A DNA stretch of 64,000 nucleotides from Veleropilina oligotropha (taxonomy: Eukaryota). The position numbers and the translations under genes were made by a program. Location: the NCBI GenBank assembly GCA_048128005.1, contig JBEUKZ010000046.1:1-64000 (forward strand), read 5' to 3'. Shown here piece by piece: positions 27,711 to 41,500 of this stretch (position 1 is the first letter of the stretch; each line of letters begins with the position of its first letter). The notes under the pieces are model-generated. The model was given only the letters and a program-made list of their open reading frames with translations. It made no database searches and was not told where the DNA came from.

Positions 27711-27924
27711 ATTCACCCACCTGATGGCTCTGATTAACAGGAGGGGGTTCGAACCTTCGACTTTGCACTTTGTACAATAAACCATGGATCCAAATCACAT
27801 CATCAGATTATGTAACATTGCCAAACGCGAAAAGGAAGGAGACCTGAGCCCATCCTTGTATCAGCTATTCAAGTCGATACGATCAGTAACCAAACTAACA
27901 AAAGCTATTGTGAAATTACACTAT

Positions 27925-28356
27925 AAGTTGTAAAGTGACGTCGCGGTAAACACGGTGCATTTAATAAAGCATGACGTTGAAACGCCGAGTGGTTTAACGT
28001 TATAAGGTATTCAATGCACCGTGTTTACCAACACGTTGCTCGACAACGTATTTATCTTGCTTTGATATTATTCTAACCTATTAAAACTCTTGATTTTGCG
28101 CATCACGCTCTTGTTATTTATAATCATAACCGTGATGTATACGCATTGAAAATGGCAATGATTACATTTGACTAAAACGACAGCGTCTACTCAAGATTGT
28201 TCAATAAGAACATTTTGATTGAAATGCGACGTCACAGGCAATATGACGTCTGCAGTGGTATAAGCTTCCATATACTATGCCTGACCGGCGTATGTCTTCA
28301 GTTAGTAAAATGACGCCAGCCAATCAGAAGAGAGGATACGAGGCCAAAGCAAGATA
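27925..28356. mobile_element. Crypton-like non-autonomous element
   Basis: Hairpin GGTAAACACGGTGCATT..AATGCACCGTGTTTACC around a GCCGAG loop; second IR TTATCTTGCTTTG / CAAAGCAAGATAA; CCAATCAG near the end. Confidence 0.5.
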
Positions 28357-28531
28357 ACAAGCTATATAGAATACGATGAAACATTTAATATTTTATGTGT
28401 GTATAAAATCAATAAATACTACATATTCTATGTGTGGCACTATATTCTGACATATTTAATATCGCCTTTAGCATGAAACGATGTATTTTCAAATACTGAT
28501 TAATGCAACGCAGATGTTCTTTTCTCCCTCT

Positions 28532-28771
28532 AGAGTTGAGTTGCGTTGACAACTTTGTTTTACGACCTCTTTGGCAATTTTTCAGCCTTAACGTGGTCGG
28601 GACACCCGGTTTAAGATCTCATTCCGGTATGACCGACATACATTAGGGATATGCCATATATTAGTTTTAAGCCTTAGAATAAGCCAGGCCAGAGCGGGCT
28701 TGAACCCACATCCTACCGTCCGACTTAACGTTTTTCCGACACTCTAACCAGTTGAGCTATCGAGGACGGTC
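28532..28771 (-). mobile_element. SINE family B, full length
   Basis: TSD tctccctct at 28523-28531 and 28772-28780. Confidence 0.92.
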
Positions 28772-29940
28772 TCTCCCTCTTGAGAATGAAGATGTTAAAA
28801 CGAGGTTCAGACTATATAATAGATACGACTGAAAAAATGTCAAAATGTAGTTGTACAAATAAACTGATCCGCTTCACACATTACACATGCAAGCAGATTA
28901 CAAGGATACGTATCGCTTATGTACACGAAAACCGAAGAGGATGTGAGTTATGAGATATCCGTTTCAGGCACTTTACGATACAGTCCATTTTTGGAACTTT
29001 ATACTGTAAAGTCGGTTTACGGCAAAGTTCGTTTTTTGGTCGCAAGAACACTTTTAGAAATATTAATTGGCGATAAGCTCAAACGAGAATATGAAACTCA
29101 ACGGAAAAGAGAACAAGTTGGCGTTATAAACGATGTTGACTATGTATAATTATTGGAATCAATTAATTGCGGCATGAATTTTCGAAAACAATATATTCTT
29201 CGTGACGTCGGCGTCAACTGTGAAATTTAAGATAGTAGACAGACACGAGTCGTCTGTTTTCATGGTAATAAATTGTGTTAAATGCAAATATTGGTTGTTT
29301 AAGAATACCAACCAGAATGAAGACAAGTAAGAGTGTCGGAAATTAAACGATGAAAAACACTCAAAATACACTGGCAAAAAGGCTATCGACTTCGTGGTTC
29401 CAAGACATTTTCCCGATAAGCAGGCTAGTCGGATGCTATTAATAAGTCTGGTAAATGATGCATATTTTGGATTTTGACATGTTGCTTTGAACGCGTCGGA
29501 GAAAACATGCAAGAATTGAAGTGCATGCATTTAAGCGATAGCTTGGTCATCCGTAAGATATATTTGAATACGACAGTGACATGCAAAAACAACGCACCAA
29601 ACGGAAATCACCGCAGTCATAAGGGTATAGAAAGATCTAAAAGGCACGTGAACTGAACTGGCGTTGAATGTAATAGCTTTGACGAACGCTTACGGCACGC
29701 TTAAGTGTGGGAGTTAAAGCACAAATATCACTAAGCGCTGAGAGAAATTAGCTGTAATATTTACACGGTCATTCGAGCGTACACAGATACGGATTTAGTA
29801 TCTCCTGGCGTCGGTTGTGCTTCATTTGCATTCCGTACATTTGAAGGCTTGAAATATTCATGTTCTACTTGTAATATTCTTCAACGAAATGGTTCGTTCT
29901 ATCATGTTGGGTGTTTTCTTATTAAGTACTATAAGCAAAG

Positions 29941-30180
29941 AGAGCTCTAGTAGCCGTGCGATTTCGAGTTCTGACACTGGCTTGGCTGCTCTGGAAAACA
30001 GGAATACGCTCGAATCTCGGTTGGAGCATTGGCATTCTTTGTTCTGTTATCAATCACAGTTGTCCGTAACTGGTCAACAATGATGGGTTTCCTTGGCTTT
30101 CCTCCGGCGAAAATATGGCCATATCTTGGTTTGAATATGAAGGTTGTAAATATGCAAATTACGCTTCAATCCAATCCAAA
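29941..30180 (+). mobile_element. SINE family A, diverged
   Basis: ATCACAGTTGTCCGTAACTGGTC and the tail match family A. Confidence 0.75.
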
Positions 30181-30481
30181 CGAACACCTAATTTTGGTAG
30201 GCGAACACGTACAACACGTCGGCCTAAAATTGAAAGTGAAACTGAAAGTTCTCTCGAAATAATAAATAAACGGGTTTTAAGCATTGTATGAAATTTGTAT
30301 TACAAAATTGTAAAAATGCATTCACAGGGGTGAATTGCTGCTGAATTCTTTGTATTGCTTTATTTGTACAATATAGTCTTCATTTTCACATGCCAATTAA
30401 GTATATATAAGGTTTCATTCATAAAAAAAATTTGATCATATATTTATTTTTAATTAAAAAAAACGTATATATACGGATGGG

Positions 30482-30682
30482 TACGGCAGCGCTGAATTGC
30501 CATATAATTTTATTTATTAATTCGCAATTGCGAATTACTAATTCGCAATTGCGAGTTACTAATTCGCAATTGCGAGTTACTAATTCGCAATTGCGAGTTA
30601 CTAATTCGCAATTGAGAGTTACTAATTCGCAATTGCGAATTATTGGACATATACCTCTAAACCTCTGCATATACGGTACCGT
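30482..30682. mobile_element. Short element containing a 6 x 21-bp palindromic tandem array
   Basis: TACGG...CCGTA ends; units TAATTCGCAATTGCGAGTTAC at 30518-30643. Confidence 0.6.
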
Positions 30683-30705
30683 AGGCTATATATATAACTG
30701 AATGG

Positions 30706-30828
30706 AATTCTGTGTTCAGTTATCAATGGCATTTGTCCGTAAGTGGCAGGAGAGGGCAGGTTTCACCGGGCGACCGGGCTTTCCTCCCGCGATAATATGG
30801 ATATGTCTTGAATTGAACCAGAAGGTTC
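30706..30828 (+). mobile_element. SINE family A fragment
   Basis: GGGCAGGTTTCACCGGGCGACCGGGCTTTCCTCCCGCGATAATATGG. Confidence 0.8.
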
Positions 30829-30849
30829 ATATCTATCAGTTCTATCCTT

Positions 30850-31050
30850 AGAGGCATCGTCGGACACTCAACCGAGACTGTCAGGAGGGCCCGGGTTCGA
30901 TGCCAGCCGACGGTGTATTTTACCGGTTACAAATTAATTAGCACATGCCGTATATGTCGGTCAGACCGTACTGAGACCTTAAATCGGATGTCCTGACTGC
31001 GATAAGTCTGAAAAAGAGACCAAAGGTGGAAGTCGTAAGACTAAGTAACA
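30850..31050 (+). mobile_element. SINE family B-related, diverged
   Basis: GGGTTCGATGCC B box; ATGTCGGTCAGACCGTACTGAGACCTTAAATCGGATGTCC core. Confidence 0.7.
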
Positions 31051-31054
31051 AATA

Positions 31055-31265
31055 CATCTTGACTGGCTCTAGTTAACGGGAATGGGTTCGAATTCTTGGT
31101 GGGACACATTTGTGCAGTTATCAGTCACAGTTGCCGATGATTTAAATAGAACTTGATTGGGTTTAGGAAGCGCATTACTGCCACTCATATTAAAACACGC
31201 TGAATGCGAGTTTTCCCTGTACAGCGTTAATATGGGCATGTCCTGGTATGAACACGAAGATTGTT
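31055..31265 (+). mobile_element. SINE family A fragment, diverged
   Basis: GGGTTCGAATTC..GGGACA..TCACAGTTG and TAATATGGGCATGTCC. Confidence 0.55.
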
Positions 31266-31320
31266 ACATCGGAAAACAAAGGATGACATATTCATTAACT
31301 AAATAAAAAGCGGGTCGTGT

Positions 31321-31465
31321 TCCGTCGTGGCTCAGTTGGTAGTTCACGGGATTTCGGTTGCAGAGTTTTGCGTTTGCGTTCTCGGCGATTTCACTCGGGC
31401 AAGGAATTAAGAATATATTTACCTCTGATCACCCAGGCGATCTGAATGGGTACCTGGTTGGCAGT
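31321..31465 (+). mobile_element. CORE-SINE partial copy
   Basis: TGGCTCAGTTGG A box; GGGCAAGGAATTAAG..CACCCAG..AATGGGTACCTGGTTGGCAGT shared with 60821-61155. Confidence 0.75.
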
Positions 31466-31639
31466 TATGCAAGACACAGCGCTACCGCGTGTAGGCCTAA
31501 TCTACTATCAACATGAAACCCCCTCTCATGCACTCTGACAGGGCAAAAGCGATATTTCATTCTAACTTTTTATGAACCACCGTCACTCAAATAGCACAAG
31601 TCAAATTTTTTAATTATTTTGTCATAATCGAATGGTCCG

Positions 31640-31883
31640 CGTTGGGGTCGGGGCCCCACGCGCAAGAAAATTTTGACAATTAACGGTGTGGTATCCCCCC
31701 TCCTGCATTATTACAATGCAAAAGCTAATAGTAATACAATTCAAATTTAGTATTTTGGGGTAGGCCTAGTTATAATGTTCTGAAAGTCATTTGTATCAGA
31801 TTATACATATTATTTTAGTATGCTTGACCTGCTTTAGGGTGTGTGTGCACCGGGTGCGCCCCCCCCCCCTGGATACGCGCCTG
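31640..31883. mobile_element. One end of a CAGGCGCGTATCCAGGGG-type MITE
   Basis: GGGTGCGCCCCCCCCCCCTGGATACGCGCCTG terminus; partner end not found. Confidence 0.5.
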
Positions 31884-31942
31884 ACTGTGGCTGTTAACAG
31901 CACAAAGATGCTCCGTTAGACAGAGAAAGAAACTATGTCTAT

Positions 31943-32120
31943 TTAGTTGCTTTGTTACATGACCACTTTTGACAATTTTTACAGCTTTATTGCGGTCGGG
32001 GCACCCGGTTTAAAGTCTCACCCCGATCTGAACGACATATAAGGCATATGTCTCTTATTATTCTAAGCGGTAGAATAAGCCACCGGCTGGACTTGATCCC
32101 TGGCCCTAGTATGCCAAGAC
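31943..32120 (-). mobile_element. SINE family B, diverged
   Basis: CACCCGGTTTAAAGTCTCACCCCGATCTGAACGACATA..AGAATAAGCC. Confidence 0.8.
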
Positions 32121-33957
32121 GGATTATGGCCCTTGCATACTCTCGTGGGGGTGCAACGCGTTGCCAAATAATATTATGGTCAAGATATGTCCTTTGGACA
32201 TGTCAAGGATGAAGTTGATTGAATCCATTGGTTCACATATAGGCCTAACTTTGATTGTTGTTGGTGAAATTTTAATGTGGCATTTTGGGCATTTTCCATT
32301 CCTCATGCGAAATAATACCCCCTACTGCATGAAAAAGAGGGATGTGTTCCAAATCTGTAAAAAATTCACTTTAATATAACACATATTTTACGATAATAAT
32401 AAAATTTAGGTGTGTGTGGATGTGCTTTGTGATGTTTTGGGGCATTGTTTGCTAGAAATTGCATATCATTTTGGGGGGTGACAACCATTATGACCATGAG
32501 CATATAAATTAAAACCTCAAGTAATACAGTAGTTACTGAAATACGATTATAGCAATAAAAACAGTTGAATAGTCCATGGCACTGCGTAAAAGGAACGAGA
32601 ATAAATATAATTTTATATAGACACCAAAGTGTAAAGAAAATAAATGAGTCTTTAGTAGAATTTTAAAAGTGTTCACCCTGTTGGCTTCACGGACATGGCG
32701 AGGTAGCGAATTCCATAGTTTTGCGGATGAAAGTTTAAATTGTCGATCGCCATATTATGCAGTTCTAGGTCTTGGGACAACGAGTGTGAGAGAATCTTTC
32801 GATCGCAATGATCTCCTCGGATGATATACGTTCAGCATATCTGTGATATGTGCCGGTGCTTTGCCATGTAAAGCTTTGAACGTATGCGTCAGAATCTTGA
32901 ATTGTCCGCGTCTATTGACAGGGAGCCAGTGTAAATCCTTCAGAACAGGGGTGATATGTGTATGGCGATATGGCCTGGTTATAATTCTTGCAGCCGTATT
33001 TCGGACGCGTTGCATTTTGTTCATGACCGTCTTAGGAATCCCACCAAGGATGGAGTTGCAATAATCAAGTCGGGAGGTAACTAGACCATGAACTAGCGCT
33101 GTAGTCGCGTCATTAGCTAGACAGCGCCTGATATGTCCGATGTTGCGCAGCTGAGCATAGCCGGATCTGCACACACTGTTCACCTGTTTCTCCATGCTCA
33201 TTGTTAAATCGAAAATGACACCAGAATTTCTAACAGATGATGCTGATGTTATCGATGACTCGCCGACTTTGATGGTCACATTATCCACAGATTTGCTGTT
33301 GTACTTCGATGTAAATAGCATTACCTCAGTCTGGCAAACGTTAACTTTTAGCATGTTCTGATGCATCCATCTTTCAATATCAACAAAACACTGTTTCAAG
33401 AGACCAACTGCTTCCCTTTCTGAAACGTTACTCTTGCTTTGAATGAGACATAAAGTTGGGTGTCATCCGAATAGAAGTGGTAATTCTCCCTATGGCTTTG
33501 TATACATGGTATATTTCTTAGGACCCAATACTGGGCCCGGGGGACACCGTGCTTTAGGAGGAATGTATCGGATTGTTCACCATCTATAGTCACTATTTGG
33601 TAGCGATCGCAAAGATACGATGTTATCCACATCGGCGCTGACTCAGATATTTCAAAAACATTCTCAAAACGTTGCAGAAGAGTTCTGTGATCTAGAGTGT
33701 CGAATGCTGCTGATAGATATAACATGACCGGAACTGTAATGTATCCTTGATCTAACGATTCAATGATGCCGTTTTGAACTTTCAATGAGGCAGTTTCGGT
33801 GGAATGGTGTTTACGGTAGGCCGAGTGAAATTCCTCGTGGAGTCCATTAGATTACATATGGTGTTCGAATTGTTTATCAAAAACCTTTTCCAATATCTTT
33901 GAAATAAAGAAAGGTTTGATATGGGTCGATAATATTTCAGAATATCCGGATCAAGAC

Positions 33958-34217
33958 GGCCGCTTCGGCAGCGTAGTGGGTAAGAGTGTCCACTCTAAGT
34001 TCACTGGCTTGATTCCGCTAATGCGAACAGTAGTGAGTTCAGTACCTGGCAGAGGCCTTGACATTTGTTCAAGTTATGAATCACAGCTGTCCGCGACTGG
34101 CCGAAGAAGGCGGGTTTACCCGGGCGACCGGGGTTTCCGCGATAACACGGACATGTCTTGCCTTGAACCTCGATGTTGTAAATATACAGGACATTAAGCA
34201 TCATTCCTCCTCCCCCA
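33958..34217 (+). mobile_element. SINE family A variant inserted in the L2
   Basis: TSD gatcaagac at 33949-33957 and 34218-34226. Confidence 0.9.
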
Positions 34218-34561
34218 GATCAAGACCTGAGGCTTGATGTGAGCGCATATGAAAGTTATGGGAACATGCTAGCAAATTATAGAAGAGTTTATGATTTTAG
34301 TGATGATAGGTAGGAGTTCGTCAATACATAACTTCAAAAGCCAAGTCGGAATGGGATCTAGATCACACGACGTTGAGGACGAACTCGTGATTATGGCTTT
34401 GATTTCCTCTTCTGATACGGTAACGAAACTCTCCATTGGCGATGCAGGAGATGGAGTTTCAATATCCTGTTGGAGATCAACACCCTGGGGAGAATTAAAA
34501 CTGTTCTGAATATCTGCAATCTTTTCCGAGAAATAAGCACTGAATATATTTGTCAGTTCTC

Positions 34562-36650
34562 GAGTGGATGCCGCTTATGGTAATGGCGAGATTCTACTGC
34601 TGGCGATGAGATGGTTAGCAATACCAGATTTTCGAAAAGCAGATTTTGACAAAATTAAAGCAGATCTCCAAAATATAGACTGGGAGGGAACTGAAAACTT
34701 AAATGCCAAAGAATGTTGGGAAGTTTTTCAAAAAAACATCGAAGAAATAATGAAAAGAAATATTCCATTAAAGTGTAGACGCAGAAAACATTCACCACCA
34801 TGGTTAACCAGGAAAGTCAAAAAATTATAAGAAGGAAATATAAACGTTGGCAACGATACAGAGAGTCGCACGACAACGATGAGCACCAAAAATATAAAGA
34901 ATGTGAGAAAGAAAGTAAAAAAGAAATCCGAGCAACCAAAAAAGCTTTTGAAGAAAAGCTAACAGAAAACATCAAGGAAAACCCCAAATCTGTTTATGCT
35001 TATATTAGGTCAAAACAAAAAACAAAAGATGTCGTAGGTCCCTTGAACGATGAACATGGAAACGTTATATCCGATGATGCATCTGTTTATATGCTTGAGG
35101 ACACGGTAAACATTCCACCGGTAAAACATATTTATGAAGATCATGAAAATTTTTGTGAAAGTATTGAAATTACTACGGAAATGGTTGAAAAAAAGATAAG
35201 CTTACTAAATGTCAGTAAAGCTTCAGGTCCTGATAACATATATCCCAAATTGCTAAAATACGGTAAGGATGAATTAGCAAAGACATTAGCATTGATATCC
35301 AATAAAACTCTACAAGAAGGCAGCTTGCCTGATGACTGGAAAACTGGAAATATTACCCCAATCTTTAAAAAGGGTAGTCGATCAAATACACAAAATTACC
35401 GACCTATTAGTCTGACATCAATAGTAGGCAAAATAATGGAATCTATCTTAAAGGATGCTATTTTAAAACACATAAATAAATTTGGCCTTCTGAACCTTAG
35501 TCAGCATGGGTTTATGGAGAAAAGATCTTGTTTAACAAACTTACTGGAATTTTTGAAGATGTCACAAGTGCAATTGACACGGGAAAACCAGTTGATATTA
35601 TATATCTTGATTTTCAGAAAGCATTCGATAAAGTACCACATAGACGACTATTACAAAAATTAAGTAACCATGGCATTAAAGGCCAAATACTAAATTGGAT
35701 ATGTAAGTGGCTAGAAAATAGAAAACAGAGGGTTGTAATAAATGGGATAAAGTCAAAGTGGGAACCGGTACTAAGTGGAGCCCCACAAGGTTCTGTTTTG
35801 GGACCATTGTTGTTTTTCATATATTTAAATGATATTGATGAAAAGTTTGCAGACGATACCAAACTGTACAGAATTATCGAAACTGAAGAAGATGCAAAGA
35901 AACTTCATAGTGACTTAAATAAAGGAGTAAAATGGTCTGATGATTGGCAAATGCTTTTCAACACCAGTAAATGTAAAGTAATGCATGTGGGTTATAACAA
36001 CAATACCTATAATTATGAAATGGGTTCAGAAAGTTTACAAGAAGTGGCCAAAAAAAATATTGGGGTGTATGGATAGACAAGACATTCAAACCATCAAATC
36101 AACGTGCAGAGTCAGTCAAAAAGGAAAATCACATATTGGAAATGATTAAGAGAAACTTTAATTTTAAATCTAAAGCCATCATAACTCGCCTATACAAGCA
36201 AATGGTTAGACCGCATTTAGAATATGCAGTGAAAGCATGGTGTCCATATCTTGCAAAGGATATCAATATTCTAGAATAAGTTCAAAGAAGAGCCACAAAA
36301 TTGATAGGAGAATTAAGGGAATTGCCATATGAGGACAGACTAAGAGCACTGAACCTCACAACATTATCTTTGAGAAGGATAAGAGGTGATATGATTCAGG
36401 TGTCTAAAATGTTTACAGGAAAATACAACGTTGACAATAGTTTCTTTTTTCAAATGAACCAAAAACATACCAGGGGGCATCAATACAAGATTTACAAAAA
36501 GCGATTCCGACTTTTTCTCAAATGGTGTTGTCGATGAATGGAATGCTCTTCATAATAATGTAGTGGATTCAACATCTGTAAACCAATTTAAAAATCGCCT
36601 AGATGAGCATTTTAAGAAGCAGGGCAGGTTAAACCCAAAACCCAAACAAA
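34562..36650 (+). mobile_element. CR1-clade LINE ORF2 remnant inserted in the L2
   Basis: DFRKADF, KASGPDNI, PIFKKG..NYRPISLTS, QHGF..RSCLTNL, YLDFQKAFDKVPH, GAPQGSVLGPLLF, KFADDTKL, RPHLEYAV, RRIRGDMI. Confidence 0.9.
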
Positions 36651-37272
36651 TTCTATTTAATCTATTTAAAAAAACACATTATATATTTCTTTCTGGTCGC
36701 GTCCGCATGCGACAATCTTTTCACAGTAGTACGATATTCTCGTTTGCTTTATCAACTTGTTGACTACAGCACACTGGTCTCTATAAATATGTTTGTCAAT
36801 AGATAGGCGAGTTTTCTGACATTTGCGCTCTAGATTTCGCCGACTATGTTTGGCATCGTGTTCTTCAGTATACCACGGACAGTTTGGTCGTAACGCGATG
36901 GTCTTCGTGCGACATGGTGCATGCTTGTCCATTAGTAACTCGAGCGTATCACCATAATCCCTGCCAGACTCGTTACATCTCAGTCAGCAGTACGAAGCTT
37001 CGGCGAAATCGTTATATCTTGTTTAAAAGATTCAATATTAATATCACGAAGTTTCCGAAAAGAGAAGGTCTTTCTCGTAAGGTCAGGTTTTTCCAAGTTG
37101 GTAAACAAGGACAAGGCGAAATGATCACCTGATAACTGTCCATGATGATCACAGAGTCCAGGATCAGCGACCGCAGCCCCAGACACAATAGAGCTATTAT
37201 CTCTACTGATAACGACATCCAATACATGACCACGTGTATGAGTAGGTTCGTTGACATGTTGCTGCAGGCCAT

Positions 37273-37531
<259 letters not shown>

Positions 37532-37548
37532 AACAATAAATCCGCTGT

Positions 37549-37591
37549 TCTGCAAACATTTTCGGTGTTTGTTTACACCTCTTCAGGCAGA
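37549..37591 (-). ncRNA. Minimal type I hammerhead ribozyme motif (helix III loop mutated ACGU>AUGU)
   Basis: UCUGC-CUGAAGA-GGUGU(AAACAA)ACACC-GAAA-AUGU-UU-GCAGA. Confidence 0.6.
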
Positions 37592-37677
37592 TTACAAAAT
37601 GCATTGGTGTAGCGAAAATATGACGTTTAAGTTATAACTGAAACGTCATATTTTCGTTACACCAATGCATTTTGTAA

Positions 37678-37720
37678 TCTGCCTGAAGAGGTGTAAATAA
37701 ACACCGAAAACGTTTGCAGA
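37678..37720 (+). ncRNA. Minimal type I hammerhead ribozyme motif (intact core)
   Basis: Helix I UCUGC/GCAGA, CUGAAGA core, helix II GGUGU/ACACC, GAAA, palindromic ACGU loop, predicted cleavage after 37715. Confidence 0.75.
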
Positions 37721-37772
37721 ACAGATGATTTATTGTTTACCATTTTTATATACTATACCGATACAAGGAAGG

Positions 37773-37775
<3 letters not shown>

Positions 37776-37854
<79 letters not shown>
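37776..37854. repeat. (TA)n microsatellite
   Basis: Visible directly. Confidence 0.98.
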
Positions 37855-37856
<2 letters not shown>

Positions 37857-37859
<3 letters not shown>

Positions 37860-38142
37860 AGCAGTACGAAGCTTCGGCGAAATCGTTATATCTTGTTTAA
37901 AAGATTCAATATTAATATCACGAAGTTTCCGAAAAGAGGTCTTTCTCGTAGGGTCAGGTTTTTCCAAGTTGGTAAAAAAGGACACGGCTAAATGACCACC
38001 TGATAACTGTCCATGATGATCACAGAATCCAGGATCAGCGACAGCAACCTCAGACACAATAGAGATATTATCTCTACTGATAACGACATCCAATGCATGA
38101 CCACGTGTATGAGTAGATTCGTTGACATGTTGCTGCAGGCCA
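37857..38142 (-). mobile_element. Duplicated L2 endonuclease fragment
   Basis: Second, slightly diverged copy of ~36983-37271. Confidence 0.9.
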
Positions 38143-38154
38143 TATATATATATA

Positions 38155-38525
<371 letters not shown>

Positions 38526-41500
38526 GTAAATGAGGTTTTCGGTGGTGAGCGGCCGACTATTGACGATCGCCATGACTTCACACAACATGCAGTGTCCGTA
38601 AAGACTCGTCATCAAGTTGGTGTCCATCTTGATCCAGAATAGATGCCATGACATTGCGCCATATCTCTTCAGCTCTTTCCTACCTTTCTTGATATACCAT
38701 GGCCCGAAGCAGTCCATGCCACAGTATGTGAATGGTGGAGCTGGATTAACTCTGTCTTCGAGTAAGTCTGCCATTTTCTGTCCTTGACCGCTGGAACGGA
38801 GCTTTCTGCACTTCACACATCGATAGATATAGCAGGACACTTCTGAGCCACATCCGAGGATCCATATTCCGCTGTTTAGTATAGCATTCACGGTGATCCC
38901 TCGACTCTGATGCTGAACTTGTTCATGAACATAACGGATGATGAGCATTGTTAAATGATGTCGCTTTGGCAGTATCACGGGATGTTTGAGCTTGTTTGCG
39001 CAATTTAAGTTGTTTATTCGACCGCCAACTCTGATGATTCCTTGAGTGTCCCAAGTATGGATTTAGTCGGTAGAGTGGACTGGATTTCTTGATCGATTCT
39101 TCCTACTTGGGGACTTGTTCTGTTTCGTAGATGCTCGAAGCGCTTCAACTTCATATTCGAACTCACTTCTTTGAAGTCGACGGATTATAAGTGTCTCCGC
39201 TTTTGCAAGTTCATCTACGTTGCATGGTCTGTATTTCCCATCTAGGCGTTTTACTATGACTTGTTTTACTTTACCAGTCTCGATTTTAGGCTTTGACTCT
39301 AGGCGAAGACAAACCGCTATAGCCCTTCTTGCAGATTTCCAACTTGAAAAACGATCCAGTCTGTTCAGCAATGGAGTACACTCGACTTGCGTGGCATGAA
39401 TACTTGCTTGTTTAAGTTCTGGGTCGTATGGTTGCAGTTTCGTAATTTGGCATTCAACTGTTGCGGACGGAATGTCCTTTTCCCACAGGAATGGTGGACC
39501 TTTGGTCCATATGGATTTTGACAGAAAGTCTTTGACTGGTAGACCTCTGGACCCTTCGTCAGCGGGATTTTGCTGGGTGTTGACATATCGCCATTGGCTC
39601 AGGTTCTTATGGTCACGGATATGCTGAACACGGTTAGATACGAACACGTGAAAACGTCGGGAGTCATTGGACAAATAACCCAATACTATCTTACTGTCTG
39701 TCCAGAAGATGCTGGTAATATCGGAATACCAGAACTCTTTTGTCAAGAAAGTACTGACTCTGACGGAAACTACGGATGCGGCGAGTTCCAGTCGTGGTAT
39801 GGTTACGGTCTTCAGCGGAGTTACTCTGGCTTTACCCATAACGAAGGCGCAATTCACTTGGCCATCGGTGTCCACCAATCGAAGGTAAGTACACTGTCCA
39901 TAACCGGGTGTGCTGGCATCAGAGAAGTGATGTAACTCGACCTTCTTGATGGGACCAAGGATATATCTGTGTCCCAATCAGCTTTGTCTTTGCAGAGCTC
40001 TTGAAGGATCTGCTTTCCTGTAAGCAAAACAGGGGCTAGGAAACCCAACGGGTCATAAATTGAGCTAATGGTTGATAGGATTCCTCTCCTGGTTACTGGT
40101 TTAACTTGAAGGATTATTCTAAACTTGAAGACGTCTGATTATACGCACCAGAATACTCCTAGTCCTTTCAAAGTGAAGGTCGTCTTTGAAGAGATCAATG
40201 TTCAGCAATTCCTGAACTCTGTCCTTGATGGGGATAGAAGAAATGACTTCGCGATGGTTTGAGATGAATTTGTGCAAACGAAGGTGTCCACTTTGGCACA
40301 TTGCTCTGCTCTTGGTAATCAGGTTGATAGCTTTCTCCATCGACTTCAATCCATCGTCCACGTAGAAGTCGTTCTTCAAGAAGTTGGCTGCATCTGTCCC
40401 GAAATCCTTTTCAAAGTGAATTGCTGTCTGTTTTAATCCAATATTCGCGCATGCTGGAGAAGAGACAGCGCCAAAGAGGTGAACTTTCATCCTGTACTCC
40501 ATTGGTTCGCCATTCGGATTCAGGGGATCCCATCAGAGGAAACGAAGTAGGTTCCTTTGAGCTTCATCGTCGCGAAACTAGTAGAACATTTGTTCTATAT
40601 CGCAAACAAACGCCACTTGTTCTTTCCGGAATCTACAGAGGACAACTACTAGTCTGTTCATCAGATCTGGACTCTGTAGAAGGTTGTCGTTCAGTGATTC
40701 TCCCCGACACTTAGGGCTGCAGTCGAACACAACACGTATTTTGTTGGGTTTCTTGGGTGATATATCCCATGATGAGGTATATACCCCGTAAATCCATCTT
40801 CACATTGCAGCTCCTCCTCTGGGCTTCGTTCTGCGTGACCATTCTCAATCATCTTCTGCATACAGGTCCAGTAGTCGTGTCGATATTTGTCATCACGAAG
40901 AAATCTTGATTCAAGTTGTCGCAGTCGTCGCATGACAAGGTTTCTGTTATTCGGTAAAAGATGATCAGGATTTCGCAACGGTAATGGCATTTCATAGTGC
41001 TGATCTTTAGTTTTGTGAATTCCTTCTTTCATCAATTTGAGGAATCACAAGTCGTCAAGTGAAAGACCCTGCTCATCTGAGCTCCGCATTGAAGTCCATT
41101 TCCATCATGTGTGCTACATCAACTGGTGTGATGACTTCTTTTATTCTGGAAAGTAAGCTGATTAGAGCGTTACTTTCTGTCGTGGCTCTTTTCGCAATAA
41201 TATGATGACTTTCGCCGGTAGGATCGTCGTTTTCATCCTGATCCGCATGTACGATTCCTACGATGCCCCAACCTAGATCCGTTCGTTGTGCGTATGGTTC
41301 GTTTCCTGATGCGAAGATTACGTCTCTAGGAGCAAGAGCACGAAAACAGTTGTAACCGATTAGAAGTCCTACAGGAGCATCGCTCATCGGCATTAATTTA
41401 TCTGCTATTCGCAGATGTGGTTCCGATTGGAAGGCATAAGTTCGCGAGAGTACTGTATGTCACAGGAATGGAAGGGAGATTTTTTGTTGTCTCTCGTATC

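Larger units (their letters stand above)
32600..37272 (-). mobile_element. L2-clade LINE ORF2 remnant (EN-RT), interrupted by a SINE and a CR1 LINE
   Basis: [25 protein letters not shown] (end of EN), DKHAP..PWYT, LYLSAAFDTLDH, HGVP, YSDDTQLY, SRLDYCNS, HITPVLKDLHWLPV, LWNSLP..FKILLKTHLF; frameshifted. Confidence 0.9.

Noticed and set aside
30518..30643. Palindromic repeats as a CRISPR array, or the RNCELVT repeat protein
   Set aside because: No spacers; it is a simple 21-bp tandem.
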